Shown here piece after piece: positions 39,521 through 52,669 of a stretch of DNA of 64,000 nt; within the stretch, counting starts at the first letter, position 1; each line of letters begins with the position of its first letter. The DNA lies in assembly GCA_002104905.1 (NCBI GenBank), contig MCFE01000272.1, positions 42,020 through 106,019 of the forward strand, given 5' to 3'. The notes below the pieces were generated by a model. The model was not told the DNA's origin and made no database searches. It saw only the letters and a list, made by a program, of their open reading frames with translations. The position numbers were made by a program, and so were the translations under genes. The stretch is from Basidiobolus meristosporus CBS 931.73. Its lineage: Eukaryota > Fungi > Basidiobolomycota.

Positions 39521-40196
39521 ACAAGTGTCTAGATGGCGTTGGGTTCGTGCTCGATGCAAGAACCATGCTCCGTAACAATCACCCAGCTGAACATGGCGGG
39601 CCCCGAGTTCTCGCTGCTTGTGAGGCGGGAGGGCCCTTTGATCAGGATATCCTCTCGTGGACGCCATGAGCTTTCCGTGTGGCGATTGAAATTTTGGATC
39701 CTCTGAAGTAGACGTGAATTGGGTTTGTTTCCGAAATTAATCTAAGTCGGAGGATCGTTTTTCTTGTTGATGTGTGCGTGATGAAGGGAGGGGAGGGGAA
39801 GGTCTGCATCACAGATCGAATCCCCGTCCAGCCTATCGGCATCGTCACAGTTGGCATGCCCAGGAAAACGGGCAGGTTCACATTGATCTGTGCATTTGTA
39901 TAGCGCTACAGGCAAAGCCCTGGTGTCAATAAACATCATTCATGCTGGATGTGGAGCGATGTTGTTTTAGATGAATGTGGATATTGCAAGGTTCTCTCAT
40001 CAGAGGATAGGAACCCTCGCGGCATGATGTAGCAGCACCTATGTTAGAGATGGCCAACCCCACCCCATTCCGCCTGCTATAAATACCTGAAAGTGGGCAG
40101 AATCCCGGCTTCTAATCGCTTCATACTATTACCCAGACCCCATCCTTCGATTCCAAAGTCATCACTGTATTATTAAACCTCTGGCTCTGAATTCTG

Positions 40197-42591
40197 ATGA
40201 TAGGTTCCACATGGCTCACCAGGATCCAATGCGTACTTGGGATAGCAATTCTGCTCATAAAACCCGCCAGGCCGGAGGGGAACATACCGTACGTCTCGCT
40301 CCTGGGAGATTCCCTACTCTTCTACGAAGCACAGCGGAGCGGTAAACTGCCCGCCGACAATCGAATCCCATGGTACTAGGTTGTTTCTATGTTTCGTGCG
40401 CCTGACATTTGGCTCGGGATGGTCCGAAGTCAACTCACATGATGCGACTCGTTCTAGGAGGCACGACTCCGCACTGGACGACGGGAATAGTAGCGGGATT
40501 GATCTAAGTGGGGTAAGCTAGGCCTGGTTCCAGTTCGTTGGTTTCGTGGATCCCCATGCACTTTGTCCCGCTGGTCGAATGAATCTAACTGAACTCGGGC
40601 TTCTTTGATCCAGGGATACTACGACGCGGGTAATGGGCAGTTTCTTAATGTCCAAGTGGCTTCCCTCGGATGGTTTCTGTCCCGGAAGATAGGTTGCTTA
40701 TGATACCGGAGAGGATGTGGGCGCTAATGGGTTTGTCTCGGTTTTTCGCAGGTGACTACGTCAAATTCCTGTTGCCGCTGTCCTACACCGTGACAGTGCT
40801 TTGCTGGGGTGGGCTGGAGTTCTTCAAGGGGTATACCATTGCAAACGAGGAAAAGCACTTCCACGACATGATCAAATGGGCCACCGATTGGATCATCAAG
40901 GCCCATCCGACCCCAAACGAGCTTTATGTCCAGGTGGGTCAAGGCGACATCGATCATCAGGTAAGAGATCAACTATAGGTCAGGCGCTTGAGGCTGCTTT
41001 GAGGAGGGGCGAGGCTGAGGCGCCAGAAGGCAGAGCGTTTCCCTTAGTGCGAGTGCGCCTTTTCTAATGACTGTTTCATGTTCGGCTGCTCCCTTCCTGC
41101 CGTGTATAATCCTTGGCTGTTGATGATAGTATTGGGGTGAGTGCGTCTGTCTCGAGTTCCTCGTCTGGTCCACTAGTATTGATGAATGGCCTGCGATTCT
41201 CGGATCACCGCTTGATCGGCACGGCTTCTCTACACAGGCTCGGATCTGAATATCCCATCTCCTAGGCCTTCTTTCAAGATCGACCTGAATCGTCGAGGTA
41301 CGGACGTTGCGGCGGAAACTGCGGCAGCGTGTGCAGCGGCGGCGATCCTCTTCAAAGAAAAATACGCAGATAGCAAGTATTCGGATACGCTTCTTGAGCA
41401 CGCGAAAGACCTGTTGCGCTTTGCCGAGGTCCAGCCATGGGTGCGTTACCACGAGTCCGTTCCCGAGGCCGCCGATTTCTACGGCTCCGGGGGGTACGGA
41501 GATGAGCTGTGCTGGGGAAACCTATGGCTCTACCGCGCAACCAACGATGTCGCCTACCTGGAAAGGGCCAAGCTCTATTTCACGCTCTTTAGCCTGGAGG
41601 GGCGGAACTCCCCGTTCAACTGGAACCAGAAATCCCCAGGAATCTACGTGCTTTTCGCGCAACTCATCCAAGGAAGTCCCGGCCTCGCTTGGAGGAACAT
41701 CTCCGAGGCTTGGCTTGACAACGTGTTAGGTGGTACGGGCGACCTAGAGAAAACCAAAGGTGGGCTGATCTGGTTCAAAAACACGAGGTAAGTGGTCTCT
41801 CGCTCGTCTGGTTATTTGCTCGGGCCAAAGGATAACCAGGACTCGTTCGTTCAAGTGAGCAAGCATCCACCGGGCCTGCATTAACTGCTGCTCTGCTAAT
41901 GCACATCTACGCAAACTCCGTGCTGGCTGTTTCTGGGGCGTCCTCGGCGGAGGGTAAGAGATCAAGCTACGATGCTTTTGGGAACCAGCAGCTCGATTAC
42001 ATTTTGGGCAACAACCCGATGAAGATGCCCTACGTTCTAGATATCCATCCCAACTCCCCACACAACGCTCACCACGCCGGAGCTCATGGTGGAGCGGATT
42101 TCAAATCCATGGACAATCCGTTCGAGAATGATCATCGACTGGTTGGTGCAGTCGTCGGCGGACCCAACAAAGAGGATCAATACTTGGACAACAGACAAGA
42201 TTATTCGCAATCCGAGGTAAGTCTCCAGCCACACCACTCCAGGTAGAGGTGCTGGAGCACACCGTCCCACGTGTCACGCATGGCCTCCGTCCACCAACCC
42301 TGACCCTCCTCCTATTCTTCTTAGGTTGCCCTGGACTACAACGCAGCCTTCCAATCCCTGGTTGCCCGGCAGGTGATATTCTCTGAGGTCGATCCGTTTT
42401 ACACCAGGTTGGTGCCAAAGCACCCAAGACTGTATATGACCATCGTGATCATAGCATCTGCCATTGTGGCTGCGGTGCTCTTGGTTGCCATCGCAACCTA
42501 CTGCCTGGTCTGCAGGAAGAAACGCCAGCCGACCACCACTGTTCCAAAGCCCAAAGGGAAATCTACTTCCAAGAAGCTAGAGCTCATCTAA
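40197..42591 (+). CDS. Glycoside hydrolase family 9 endoglucanase with C-terminal transmembrane helix, multi-exon
   Basis: LLFYEAQRSG, DLSG|GYYDAG|DYVKF, YVQVG, DELCW, HNAHH, YLDNRQDYSQSE|VALDYNA; signal peptide; hydrophobic stretch followed by RKKR. Confidence 0.9.
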
Positions 42592-43307
42592 ATGGGGAAG
42601 CCTCGGCGGCGTCAGGCAACTTCGACCATGAAAGGCTACCACCGGCCAAACACTTGGGCACGCCACTCCGCTCAATCTTGCTTCAACCCTGGAAGCCAAT
42701 CTTCCGGTCACTGTGTACATAAAAACTCATGCTAAACGTAAATCCTCAAGCAAACTAAACCCAACCCCAACCCCAACCCCGATCTTGCTGTCAATAAAGT
42801 TTGGTGAGAAGTGTGCAGTTGGGCTGTTCAAGCTGGGGCCAGAGAAACACCAACCGCAGTGTTGCTTCCGGAACCCAGCCCTCTCCAACCAAATAGAGCA
42901 CTGTAGCGCATACCGAGCGTCCAACAGGGTGTGGATTGGAAAAATCCTCCAAGAGGATGCAATTTAATTAGGGACCAATGTAGGTTATCGGTGCTCCGTT
43001 CTGAGCAGAGATGGCTAGATCGTTGGACAGAAAGACAGAGTGATTGTCAAAGAGAACCCCTGGTTGGGGAGTTTTCATTAGCTGCTTGAAGCATCAGAAA
43101 ACAAAATACAGATAGTGTGGTTGAAAGCCAGCTATGGGCAGTGTAAACGGCTGGTGTGATTGGCAAGCTCCAAAAGCTTTCTCAAAACTAACCAAGTTCT
43201 AGCGGAGTGATTTTCAATTCTAAGCTTCATGCCTCAACACACATTCTAATCGGCCCTTCTTAACTGTACATAATCCAGCACCTTGGTGGGAAGACACCAG
43301 TTTCGTG

Positions 43308-45103
43308 TTAGCTCGCGTTTTCACGGGACAATGCCTGGCCATGCTGACTTACCAGTCCTGTTTTCCAAGAATCTCTATCCGATATGATCTCAAATCCGAT
43401 ATCAGAGTAGTAATAGCTTCCATCCACCACCAGCTGCTGCGGCGCTATCAGATCGAACCATCCAATGCCAGCTGTGCGCTGGAAAAAGCTGACTCCAGGG
43501 TCCAACTCAACATAGTGTCCTTTTTTGATTTCTTCGGCTTTTTCCACCAACGGCGCGAACCGATTCACTCCTCTTTCCACCTCGAAATCCTCCGGCACTC
43601 CCTGGGAAGTATCGAGATGAGTCAATTGCATACACCCCTGGTGCTGGCGGTACACTCTTACCAATACTCGGGCTACAAAGAACGTGTTGCGCATATAGGA
43701 TCGATGGAACACTTTGATCTTCCAGATAACGTCGTAACGTCCGCGCGGCACACCCTCCAGTGTAGCTTTGGACTAGATATCCACAACAATCAGTACCCCT
43801 AAACGCGCCGCACGGCAAGCCGACTGAACTTACGTAGAACCCATAGAAATCATTCAGGCACAATACCATTCCGGACACACTAGAGCAGATTTCACTAAGA
43901 AAGGGTTGGAGCATACGAGAGAAGGTGAGGCAAGTTACCTGTATTCATCGTACTCACGAAAGGAATTAGAGCCTTGGCCTTGTCGGGCAAATCCATTCGC
44001 GATGGATATTCTCATCACCGCTTTCAATGGAATGGAACGTTGAGTATAGGGTCAGGGGCCGGAGTTGCTTACGCTACATAACCTTACTTACATTTCTCCT
44101 TGTAGACTTCTTTACACTTCTGTCCGATACCTAGTGTACATAAGTGATGTCTACCAAAGCGTCGACTTGAAGCACACGATAAATAAACAGTCATATAGCA
44201 AAGACCTGAAGCTTCGAGCTCTACTTACCACAGCATCATGCGCCACAACCGATCATCCTCGCAGATCTGGTTGAAAAATTTACATATCTAAGAAGGAGGA
44301 AACTCATTACTAACGGAAGAGGGAATAGGACGAGCCGAAACCAAAATCAAGATCCATCTGGGTCTAATAGCTAAAGTTCAACTCTACGACAGTTCCCGTT
44401 TACTAACTTAAAGCGGTGACAAGGGATGCGTTCAGCCTATTCTATGCGGGGACCTTCCACAACGGCACCAAAAATATATACACGAATGGCTGAACTACTG
44501 TACAAGAATCAAAGGGCTCTCTACTACTCGACCCTTCACGGTTTTTTGTTTAGAAGATCAGCTTATACAAGAAGTACCAACCTGACTGACTCTGTGCACC
44601 TCCTCGCCGCCGAGAAACGAGAATATTAGCAGGACAATCTCTGCCGGGAGGGCGTTGAGTGTGGTGGTCGGGTTGTTGCCAGCCCAGGCGTAGTTGTGAC
44701 AAGGCGTGATCGATCTCTGCCTAGAATGGTTGCGAAGACCCCCTGAACTGTCATTGGGCTGTGGTTCGTTGGGGCTTTCTTTATTACGATTACGGTTCTG
44801 CTTACTAGTTGGGTGCCCGAAATGGGGGTTTGTCGCTGAGAAGTCAGAGTTGCTCTCTACCGACAAACATCTGGAGGAAAATGAGGAGTATAGACTGTGC
44901 GACGTTTGATTTTTGGACTCTTGAAAGGGAGTTTGGTTGATGTTCGTCATGAGAGTAGATTGAACACGGCTGTGTTGTAGAGGTATATGAGAAATCTTGT
45001 TTGCGTCCCCTGACTGATTGTATGGCTGTGGGGGTGGGAGTGGGTGTGAGGTGGTGGTGTATGGGCGTATGTGTGGCGAGTAAAGATGTGAGGGCAAGTT
45101 CAA
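43308..45103 (-). CDS. F-box domain protein, multi-exon; start and downstream exons uncertain
   Basis: Spliced LNALPAEIVLLIFSFLGGEEVHRVSQ|ICKFFNQICEDDRLWRMML (second part near 44230-44290). Confidence 0.7.
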
Positions 45104-45503
45104 TATAATGAGCGATGATAAGGGAGTAGGGTAAATTCGAAAACCGATTCTACTGATTTATGAGGAATCAATGCCAGAGGTGGACAGGGGGATCGGAAAA
45201 TAGAGGGTTCTCGATTTCGGGGGAGGGTGGAATAATCAGGAGTTTGGAGGACAATGTGGCCACAACCAAATAGTCTCTCTGAATCCACATTCCAGAATCA
45301 TGGTGATCACAAGGGAGGCCAAAGAAACCCTTTCTACATCTGCTCCGACCCATGTAGTGTGTAGGCATCCACCAACATGAGCACCGAGAACCGTAATTAC
45401 CCGAAGAATCATGTGGGTCTTTATTTACCGCCAGCTGCTTTACATTGTGAGTTTGGTCAAGAAAGGAAACCTGATCAAGTGGGCCGTCTGGACGGCAATC
45501 CTC

Positions 45504-46127
45504 CTATATCTTATTTGGCATCTTGACCAGAAATGTCCATCCCATGCTCTGAAATTTCTTAGCAAGGCTTGGGGTGATCGCAACTGTGAGCGGCACCCTG
45601 ATAGGGAGCAGCAGCTTGTGCAGCGTGTATGCTATAAGCAACACCGACGTTAGAGAGCTCTTCTTCTTCCCCTCAACCGAGTAGACGTCCGAGGGCTTGT
45701 CGTCCTTTACTATCCCTATGCGCTTACTCCACTTCAACACCCATTCTTCCGCCGCTTTGACAAATGTCTCCCCTCCAGAATAAACTAACGCAAAAGATGC
45801 CAGGAAATCTACCACTGATAAGCCTAAATACGCGACGGTTGCCGTACGGCCATACTTGCGAAACAGCTCCTTCATCTTACTTGGCTGCTGGGTTGAAGCA
45901 TTGGTCTCACTGGTGGTAGCCAGTGGTCGAGAAGGGCTTCTGGTTATTCTGTTTAGGCGATTAGGAGAAGGCAGGCAGGGCCTGAAAGCAATCCTGTTAA
46001 AGTGGCCCCTATTCACGTTGTTGAGAATCACAAGCCCAGTAACAGGTAGTTTCTGCGGGGTTGGGGTGTTCCGTCTACCTAGAGTACTGATGTTTCTGAG
46101 CGGGAAGAGAGCAGCTGGACGAAACAT
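45504..46127 (-). CDS. FAM210/DUF1279 family mitochondrial membrane protein
   Basis: KELFRKYG...YLGLSVVDF and IAYTLHKLLLPIRVPLTVAITP; Arg-rich presequence. Confidence 0.85.
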   Translation of the reverse strand: MFRPAALFPLRNISTLGRRNTPTPQKLPVTGLVILNNVNRGHFNRIAFRPCLPSPNRLNRITRSPSRPLATTSETNASTQQPSKMKELFRKYGRTATVAYLGLSVVDFLASFALVYSGGETFVKAAEEWVLKWSKRIGIVKDDKPSDVYSVEGKKKSSLTSVLLIAYTLHKLLLPIRVPLTVAITPSLAKKFQSMGWTFLVKMPNKI

Positions 46128-47780
46128 AGTGGGACTGAGGAAGTATGCGGGCCGAAGTGAAAAGCAATAGTCACGAAGAAGAAATGTCTGGCGGACACGG
46201 TGTCTCTGAGTAGCAGAAAGCGGATTTACGTGCTAGCAATATACCACACCTCGTCATCAGCGATCTGATTTTCCATAGTCACAGTCAGGCCGCTCCCTGC
46301 CCATTAGTTCCAGTTGATTCCCCTCACATGCCATACATCATCGATTTCCTAAATGAGAAGCATGATGACTTGGTCAAAGCGAATCGAACTAATTAAAAAG
46401 ATTGTGAACCAACGTATCTTAGCCATGGATCAAATTGCTGGAGGTGCCTTCCAATGCCCAGATCTGATCAAGATGTTCATGGTGGCCATTTCATATAGCT
46501 GACAGCGCAACGACTGGATCAGAATCGCCCTGTCACCGAATTAATTCGGAATTCAGAAAACCAGGCTAGCCCCGTTGCTTGTGAGCCTTTCTTGCAGCTG
46601 AAGGTCCGACATGCTATTCTGAGTGTGCAGCCGAGTCTAAAATAGCCGGACCTCCCCAAAGCCTGCTCGCACCAACATCCAATCCATTTCCGGGTTACGG
46701 GGGATATTCGCCCTATGAACCAGCAAAGCCCTGCTAAACAAACTCCAGGCAACAGACCAGGCATAACCGGGGCGAACAAAGCCGGGGCTCAAGCCCATCC
46801 ATTTTTGGGATAACTTAATGATGATCGCCATATCCAACAGGTACTTCGGGAGTGTATTCCGAAGCCCCAATGCATCCCCCTTCTGCCGCAGCTGATCCAC
46901 TTGACATCAAATTTGCATGTCCGAATCACCTATGCTAGAAGCAATGGATGCACCTGATCCAACTCTGGCAGAGTTGTAGACATGCCACTGATGCAGGGAA
47001 GAGCGGAGACACCATCGACCTTCCCACTGCCACGCAACTCCGTTCCTATTAATGCAGATCCAATTCTCTCGGTCGGATCAAGAATTGTCAATCATGACAT
47101 CGCTATCGGGTGTGTCAACCCAGTCTTTCCCAGGTATCAGCTCATGAGATCCCAAAGCAACAATCAGCTCGGACCTCCATCCAGTCCGGATTCCAGCTAC
47201 CACATCCCATCACTGTAACTGCCAATGGTGTAAACGCCACATATCTGATGGTGGCAAACACCGTCTTGAGACGCATGCCTCTGTTTCCAAACTATGGAGG
47301 CGCCCAGCGTTGCATGGTCTATTTTCCAATCACCTCAAATGATGCATTCTTGTGCGAATTAACTCACCTAGTCGTGATGTCTTGCGAAACATCAGACTGC
47401 CAGAGCCATACACCTGGCCAAAAGATGGGCCTGTTTCCAATTACTGAGCATTCCTGCGCTTAACGCAGTTGGCCATCTGTGCTTTGTGGGGATTCCTGGT
47501 GCCTGCGGAAGTAGATGTTAATAACGACAGGGTTAACCATGGCTGCGGATGTGATTTGGGGTTAGGAATAGGAGTTTACCCGTTTGTGGCCATCCGCCAA
47601 ACAATAGAGTCGGTGACACTACGCAACACTATATAAGGACTATTATATATATATGTACCCGAAGAAATTGCTCACAATCGCTCTGATTGGGCACTCCCAG
47701 ATGCCGTGTATTTCTGCACACTGTATATAACCGGGCTGGTGAGGACATTGTTCAATATTAAAATCGGTGTGCATCCCGCG

Positions 47781-48629
47781 ATGTCTTCATCCGAAAAGAC
47801 CCCTCTATTCATTGATTACGATACTCAAGCAACGCTATATGAGCGACTGACTGGTGGCTGTACACGTGATGTAGCCTCCGAGATGATTGCTCTCTCTGAA
47901 CCCGTTGATAATTCCTCCAAAGTTCTTGACAATGCTTGCGGGACTGGCATTCTGACGCTGGAACTCTTAGAAGCTTATCCTACACTCTGTGATGGCGCTA
48001 CCAATCCAATAATCCATTCCGTTGATATTTCCAAACCTATGACCAGTTTACTGCAAGCACGAGTCGCCGCACGAAAGTGTAGCGCTGTCGAGATTGGAGT
48101 GATGGATGCGCAGAAGCTTGACTTTGAAGAAGACACATTCACTCATTCTTTCACCAACTTCGGCATCTTTCTATTTCCTGATCCGCTTAAAGGTGCTCAA
48201 GAAATACACCGCACCCTCAAGAAAGGCGGAACCGCTGTGGTGTCGACCTGGAAATACTATGGATACCTGCCTATTCTCCATGGAATCCAGAAAGCCATCT
48301 GCCCAAGTGAGCAGCTTTTCGAAGTACCAGTAAGCAAAGAATGGCAAAAGCCGGAAACCCTGAGGGAGCTTTTGCAAAAGGTTGGGTTTCAGGATGTTGA
48401 AGTGCACGAGAAGCAGGCACGTAGTAAAGCAAAAGATATTCATGCACTTGCATCCACACTGAAGGATGGCTTTTATAAAACATTGACCAAATCCTGGACT
48501 GCAGGGCAGGCCGAAAGGTGGGATGAAGTTATGCTCAATGTCTTAAAGCAATCGTGTGTCGTACAATACGAGAGTGATGGCACAGTGGCTCTACCAATGA
48601 TCGCATGGGTTGCTGTAGCAACCAAGTAG
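47781..48629 (+). CDS. Class I SAM-dependent methyltransferase, intronless
   Basis: VLDNACGTG, VMDAQKLDF...F, EIHRTLKKGG. Confidence 0.88.
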   Translation: MSSSEKTPLFIDYDTQATLYERLTGGCTRDVASEMIALSEPVDNSSKVLDNACGTGILTLELLEAYPTLCDGATNPIIHSVDISKPMTSLLQARVAARKCSAVEIGVMDAQKLDFEEDTFTHSFTNFGIFLFPDPLKGAQEIHRTLKKGGTAVVSTWKYYGYLPILHGIQKAICPSEQLFEVPVSKEWQKPETLRELLQKVGFQDVEVHEKQARSKAKDIHALASTLKDGFYKTLTKSWTAGQAERWDEVMLNVLKQSCVVQYESDGTVALPMIAWVAVATK

Positions 48630-48809
48630 GGCAAACTACAGCAATCTTGATATCAACAAATAAACACAAGGCCTTGTACTCGCAAGATAGCCTGGAGTTG
48701 TTCTTTAGTCGTCCAAAGCAATTGGAATGGGATAGATAGGCCAGACTTACAGGCTATTCATTCAGAGCAAAGGGAAATACATAGTACGAAGGCTGGGGCG
48801 TAGGGAGAG

Positions 48810-51018
48810 CTAATCAGTCAACCTGGTATGGATGACTTCAAGATCCTCGGGCGCAAATAGAAACGATTGGCCAAAATGAAGAGTCTCTTTGTGAGGGCTA
48901 TCGTGGGGAAGCGAAAGGTGATATCTACGGACTAGCAGAGATGAGAACGGGGCTAGTATAGCAGGTATTGTTCTCAGTCGGCTACTTACCAAGCATCGAC
49001 AAGACTATCCGTAATTCGTTCATAGCGAGGCTTTTACCAATGCCTACGAAAAAAGGTTCTTAGCCCAGGGTAACGTAAGTGAAAACTGAGATGACTCACA
49101 CATGCGCATGCCATCGGTGAAGGCGCTCCAGGCTGGTAAATCCCGGAGCATGCCTTCAGGGGACAGCCATCTATCGGGATCAAACTTGTCTGGATTTTCC
49201 CAATGCTTCTCATCCCGATGTAAGGCATATAGATTCAATGTAACCATGGTGCCTTTGGGCAGAGGGATTGCGCCTAGAGAGGTATCCTGAGCAACTACCC
49301 GGGTTGGTATGAGAGGTGCAGGTGGATAAAGTCTCATCGTTTCTTTGATCACAGCCTCCAGATAATTCAATCCTAGGGCATCGGTGTTAGATTCGAGCAT
49401 TTCCTACACTGTACCCGTTTCAACCGTACTTTTGATTTCCGTGATAGCTGGGATGCCCATAGAAGAAGTATGATGCTGAAGCTCGCGGTTCACTTCCGCA
49501 CGGACTTTCGTCTGAATTTCTGGATGTCTGGCCAATAGATATATAGCACACGTCAGAGCGGTGGCGGTCGTGTCTGCAATATCGTTAGTGGCGTAAAATT
49601 GCGGTGGGACAATTGTTAGTTACCGTGTCCAGCGAAAATTAGGGCAAACGCCTCATTCTAGAGTAGACTTGGAGTTAAGCGCTTGGCTCGGGCCTTGAAA
49701 AGTCGGTTACTTACCAGGGTCTCCTCGAACTCCAATTTACCATTCAGCCATGCCTGAACAAGAGCCGAGAGAACATCCTGCGGTGGATTCCCACTATCTT
49801 GCTGCCCGCCCTCCATACTCTTGGATTTGTTAATGGCAATGGTGGCTAGCCATTTGCGGAAATTCTCGGTGGTGACCCAGTCTTGCCGCCTCTTCCCAAC
49901 TGGAAACCTGTCTAGAAGGGGAAATGTAAGATACAACATATTTGTACCCGCGTCAATCGCTGTGTAGAAGGTGGTAACATGTTCGCTCTCCGGATGCCGA
50001 ATTGCCTGACAACAGTCACGTAAGCCAGTGTGCATGCAAACCAAACAATGCGTTACCTGAAAGTCGAACCCAAAAAGAACCTTTCCAATGATGTCCAGAG
50101 TTAGTCTAATAACCAGTTTCAACAATGAGTTCTCTTGGTATCAACAAGGTCATTGGCAACTAACAATTTCATTGCATGATGTAGGTTGGGTATGGAGTTT
50201 GTGGTTTCCAGCCGCTGGAAGAATTCGATGACTATCTCTCCAAAGTTTGTAGGCTCCCAACCTAAACGAAACAGCGGACCAATAATCTCGCGCCGTATTT
50301 TCCAATCCTGCCAAAACCTCGTTAACATAGCCCTGCGTACCCACCAAAATCAACCATGACTAACCTTGCCATTACTTGGTAGGAGGTCACAAGAGAATAC
50401 GGTCATTAGCACACAGCGGGCGTTTTCCATTTGTACTGCACCACCTACACAAAAACTATGTTGTCTCCTCCCAGCTTGTGGTTGAGGGTATACTCCTCAA
50501 TAGCCAGGGGAACCTTTTGGAATATCTCTAGAAGCCCGTGCCTGATTAGAGTGGATTGTTGGACTGTGTGGTACGTGAAGGTACCTGCCAGGATGCTTGT
50601 ATATGTATTTCAGATACTCCAAATTGGAGACCTGTGGGAGAGAGGAGCATGCTTAAACTATGAGCCCGAATCCTGGATTGCTTTAGCGTAACAGTACCAT
50701 GACTCCAGGCTTCATCTTAATGTAGGTCTATATGGTGGCGCGTTGTATAGTAGGTTGCTCTGTATACCAATCGTATGCCTGGGCACTTACCCTGGCGATC
50801 CCATACGTTCGCAACTTGGGAACAAAGTATTTATCAATGATCTCCTGGAACCCCATTCCGCCAAGTAGGCGAATCACCACAACAAAATCATTGATTTTGG
50901 GCAGGGATCGAAGCTCTTTGGGAAGTGGAGAGCTAAACCAAACGTATTTAACAATAGCAATTACAATGACTGAGAGCAAGGCTGACAAGAGCATTTTAAG
51001 TTCGACTGGCATATTCAT
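48810..51018 (-). CDS. Cytochrome P450, multi-exon
   Basis: N-terminal membrane anchor, ETMR (ExxR), FDPDRW, spliced heme motif FTDGMRMC|IG, I-helix ATNDIADTTA. Confidence 0.9.
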
Positions 51019-51745
51019 AACGCTCTCTTGTTATATATCAAATTTTCACTGTTCTGGGACTGAGGCCGGGGTTGTTGATATGTGAACTCCTACTAATAGA
51101 TATCGGAGTTGCTAAGCCGCCTCACATGGAACAGATGTACTTGTGGCACCACCAATTATGAAATTCAGGCTGCCGATGTGTGAAATCGTCACTCTACTGG
51201 TTTATTAATATATACCTCTAAAGGTTTCAGCTCAAGCCAGTTGCTCCTAAGGGAGTGTCGCAATAGTTACAGTATCCTGAGGTCTGATAGCAGTAGTGCA
51301 ATCATAAGCAAAAGGAATAATCCTTCTAAACATGATTAAGAGGTAACTATGAGTGACTTCTGTGTTAGCTTTGTGAAGGCTTGGCATGTGGGATATCGTG
51401 CCCAAGTTGGCATCGTGGAATCTTGCACAAAACTGAGACCTGTTATACTTGATAAATAAGAGTGTTGTTTCTCATCCAATACTTGATGAAGTATACTAGC
51501 TACACTGAGACCAATTGTATTCATGAGATATTTATCTTACACTAGTGTAACCTTTATACCGGAATATCAGCGTTTGCAACTTTCAAGTTGATAAGATATG
51601 ACTTATATAGAGAGTAACTCATTATATATACTATAGCCGCAACTGTTTGGGGAAAATGTCACCAGTGATGGAAGTCCATCCATGATGCAGGTTTGGTATC
51701 GATGGTGAGAAAAGGTTTGATATTGCTTGCAAATATAGCACTTGC

Positions 51746-51956
51746 GGTTAGCAGGGATGACAATCACCAGCAGGTGAAGTTTTTATTTGAATAGTTCAGA
51801 ATATAGAAGCCAAGCGCTACATGGGGACCTTTTTTACAATTGAATAAAGAGAAGGATTCTTTGCAAAAGCTTGAAAGAAAGGCCACTAAGATCAAATGAA
51901 GCAAAAAGTGAGTTAAGTGCCACTGGGGGGATAACTACAGGAAGTAATGGCTTATC
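51746..51956 (-). mobile_element. Module E0: decayed 3' end of a telomeric RT element
   Basis: GGTTAG remnant, degenerate shared 3' motif (TCACC-AGCA-GGTGA...GAAGCC), and frameshifted DKPLLPVVIPPVALNSLF...PSLYSIVKKVPM* resembling module A HKSFLPLLLPPFPLNSVL...PQLHTLVSKLQQ*. Confidence 0.75.
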
Positions 51957-52651
51957 TGTTGTAAAGATTCGGAATTCCACCTAAATATTTACCTAACCTA
52001 GTCACTTAGATCATTACCTTCAAATCCTAGAGAATACTGACCAAATTCCTTGTTGGGATTTACCTAAAATATTTACCCAGAACATGAAAATTAGATAAGC
52101 TCGAACAGCCCAAACTGTGCACACATGTTCTTGGGACCTTCCTTAACCTATTCTACATGTTTGCTATGCTAAGACCATGTAAAAGTATAAATACTACTTT
52201 TATATTCAATAAATCATTAAGTGAAAACTATATAATCTACTTGTTCTCCTAGTCACTTCCAATATCTCCAAGACTCTTACAACAGGTGATGAGCCCCAAT
52301 CTGTCACTCTCTGCAATATCTATCACTGCTATTACTGGAATTTTTCCCTCTGCTGAAAAGTTGGATGGATCTAACTCTCAGGTGTGAAAGGTGAAGATGA
52401 AGATGCTGCTACAAGAAAGAGGCCTTTGAGATATTGTCATGGAAGAAGAATGCCCTCCTCAAAACCTGGGAGAGGAATCCTTAAATACCAGAAGAAAGAA
52501 TAAAGTGCCTTTAATTGCATTTGCCTTAATGTCAAAGGCAAATTGCTAATTCAATGCTCAAGAGCAAAAATGGTAAAGAATGACTGGAAGGCATAGGAAG
52601 ACACCTACCAGTCATGTTTAGCTGCCAAGCAAATGTATCTTATACAGAAAC
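51957..52651 (+). mobile_element. Copia family 1 5' LTR (51957-52284), PBS and decayed gag, truncated at telomeric repeats
   Basis: TGTTG...CAACA, PBS GGTGATGAGCCC, gag similar to the 54126 copy, ends at (TTAGGG)3. Confidence 0.88.
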
Positions 52652-52669
52652 TTAGGGTTAGGGTTAGGG
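52652..52669 (+). repeat. Interstitial (TTAGGG)3
   Basis: Read directly. Confidence 0.97.

Noticed and set aside
42758-42780. (CCCCAA)n telomere-like tract
   Set aside because: About three copies of a different hexamer, no module motif beside it; treated as a simple repeat
46519-46900. Methyltransferase-like remnant (LVRAGFGEV)
   Set aside because: Similarity limited to one short motif
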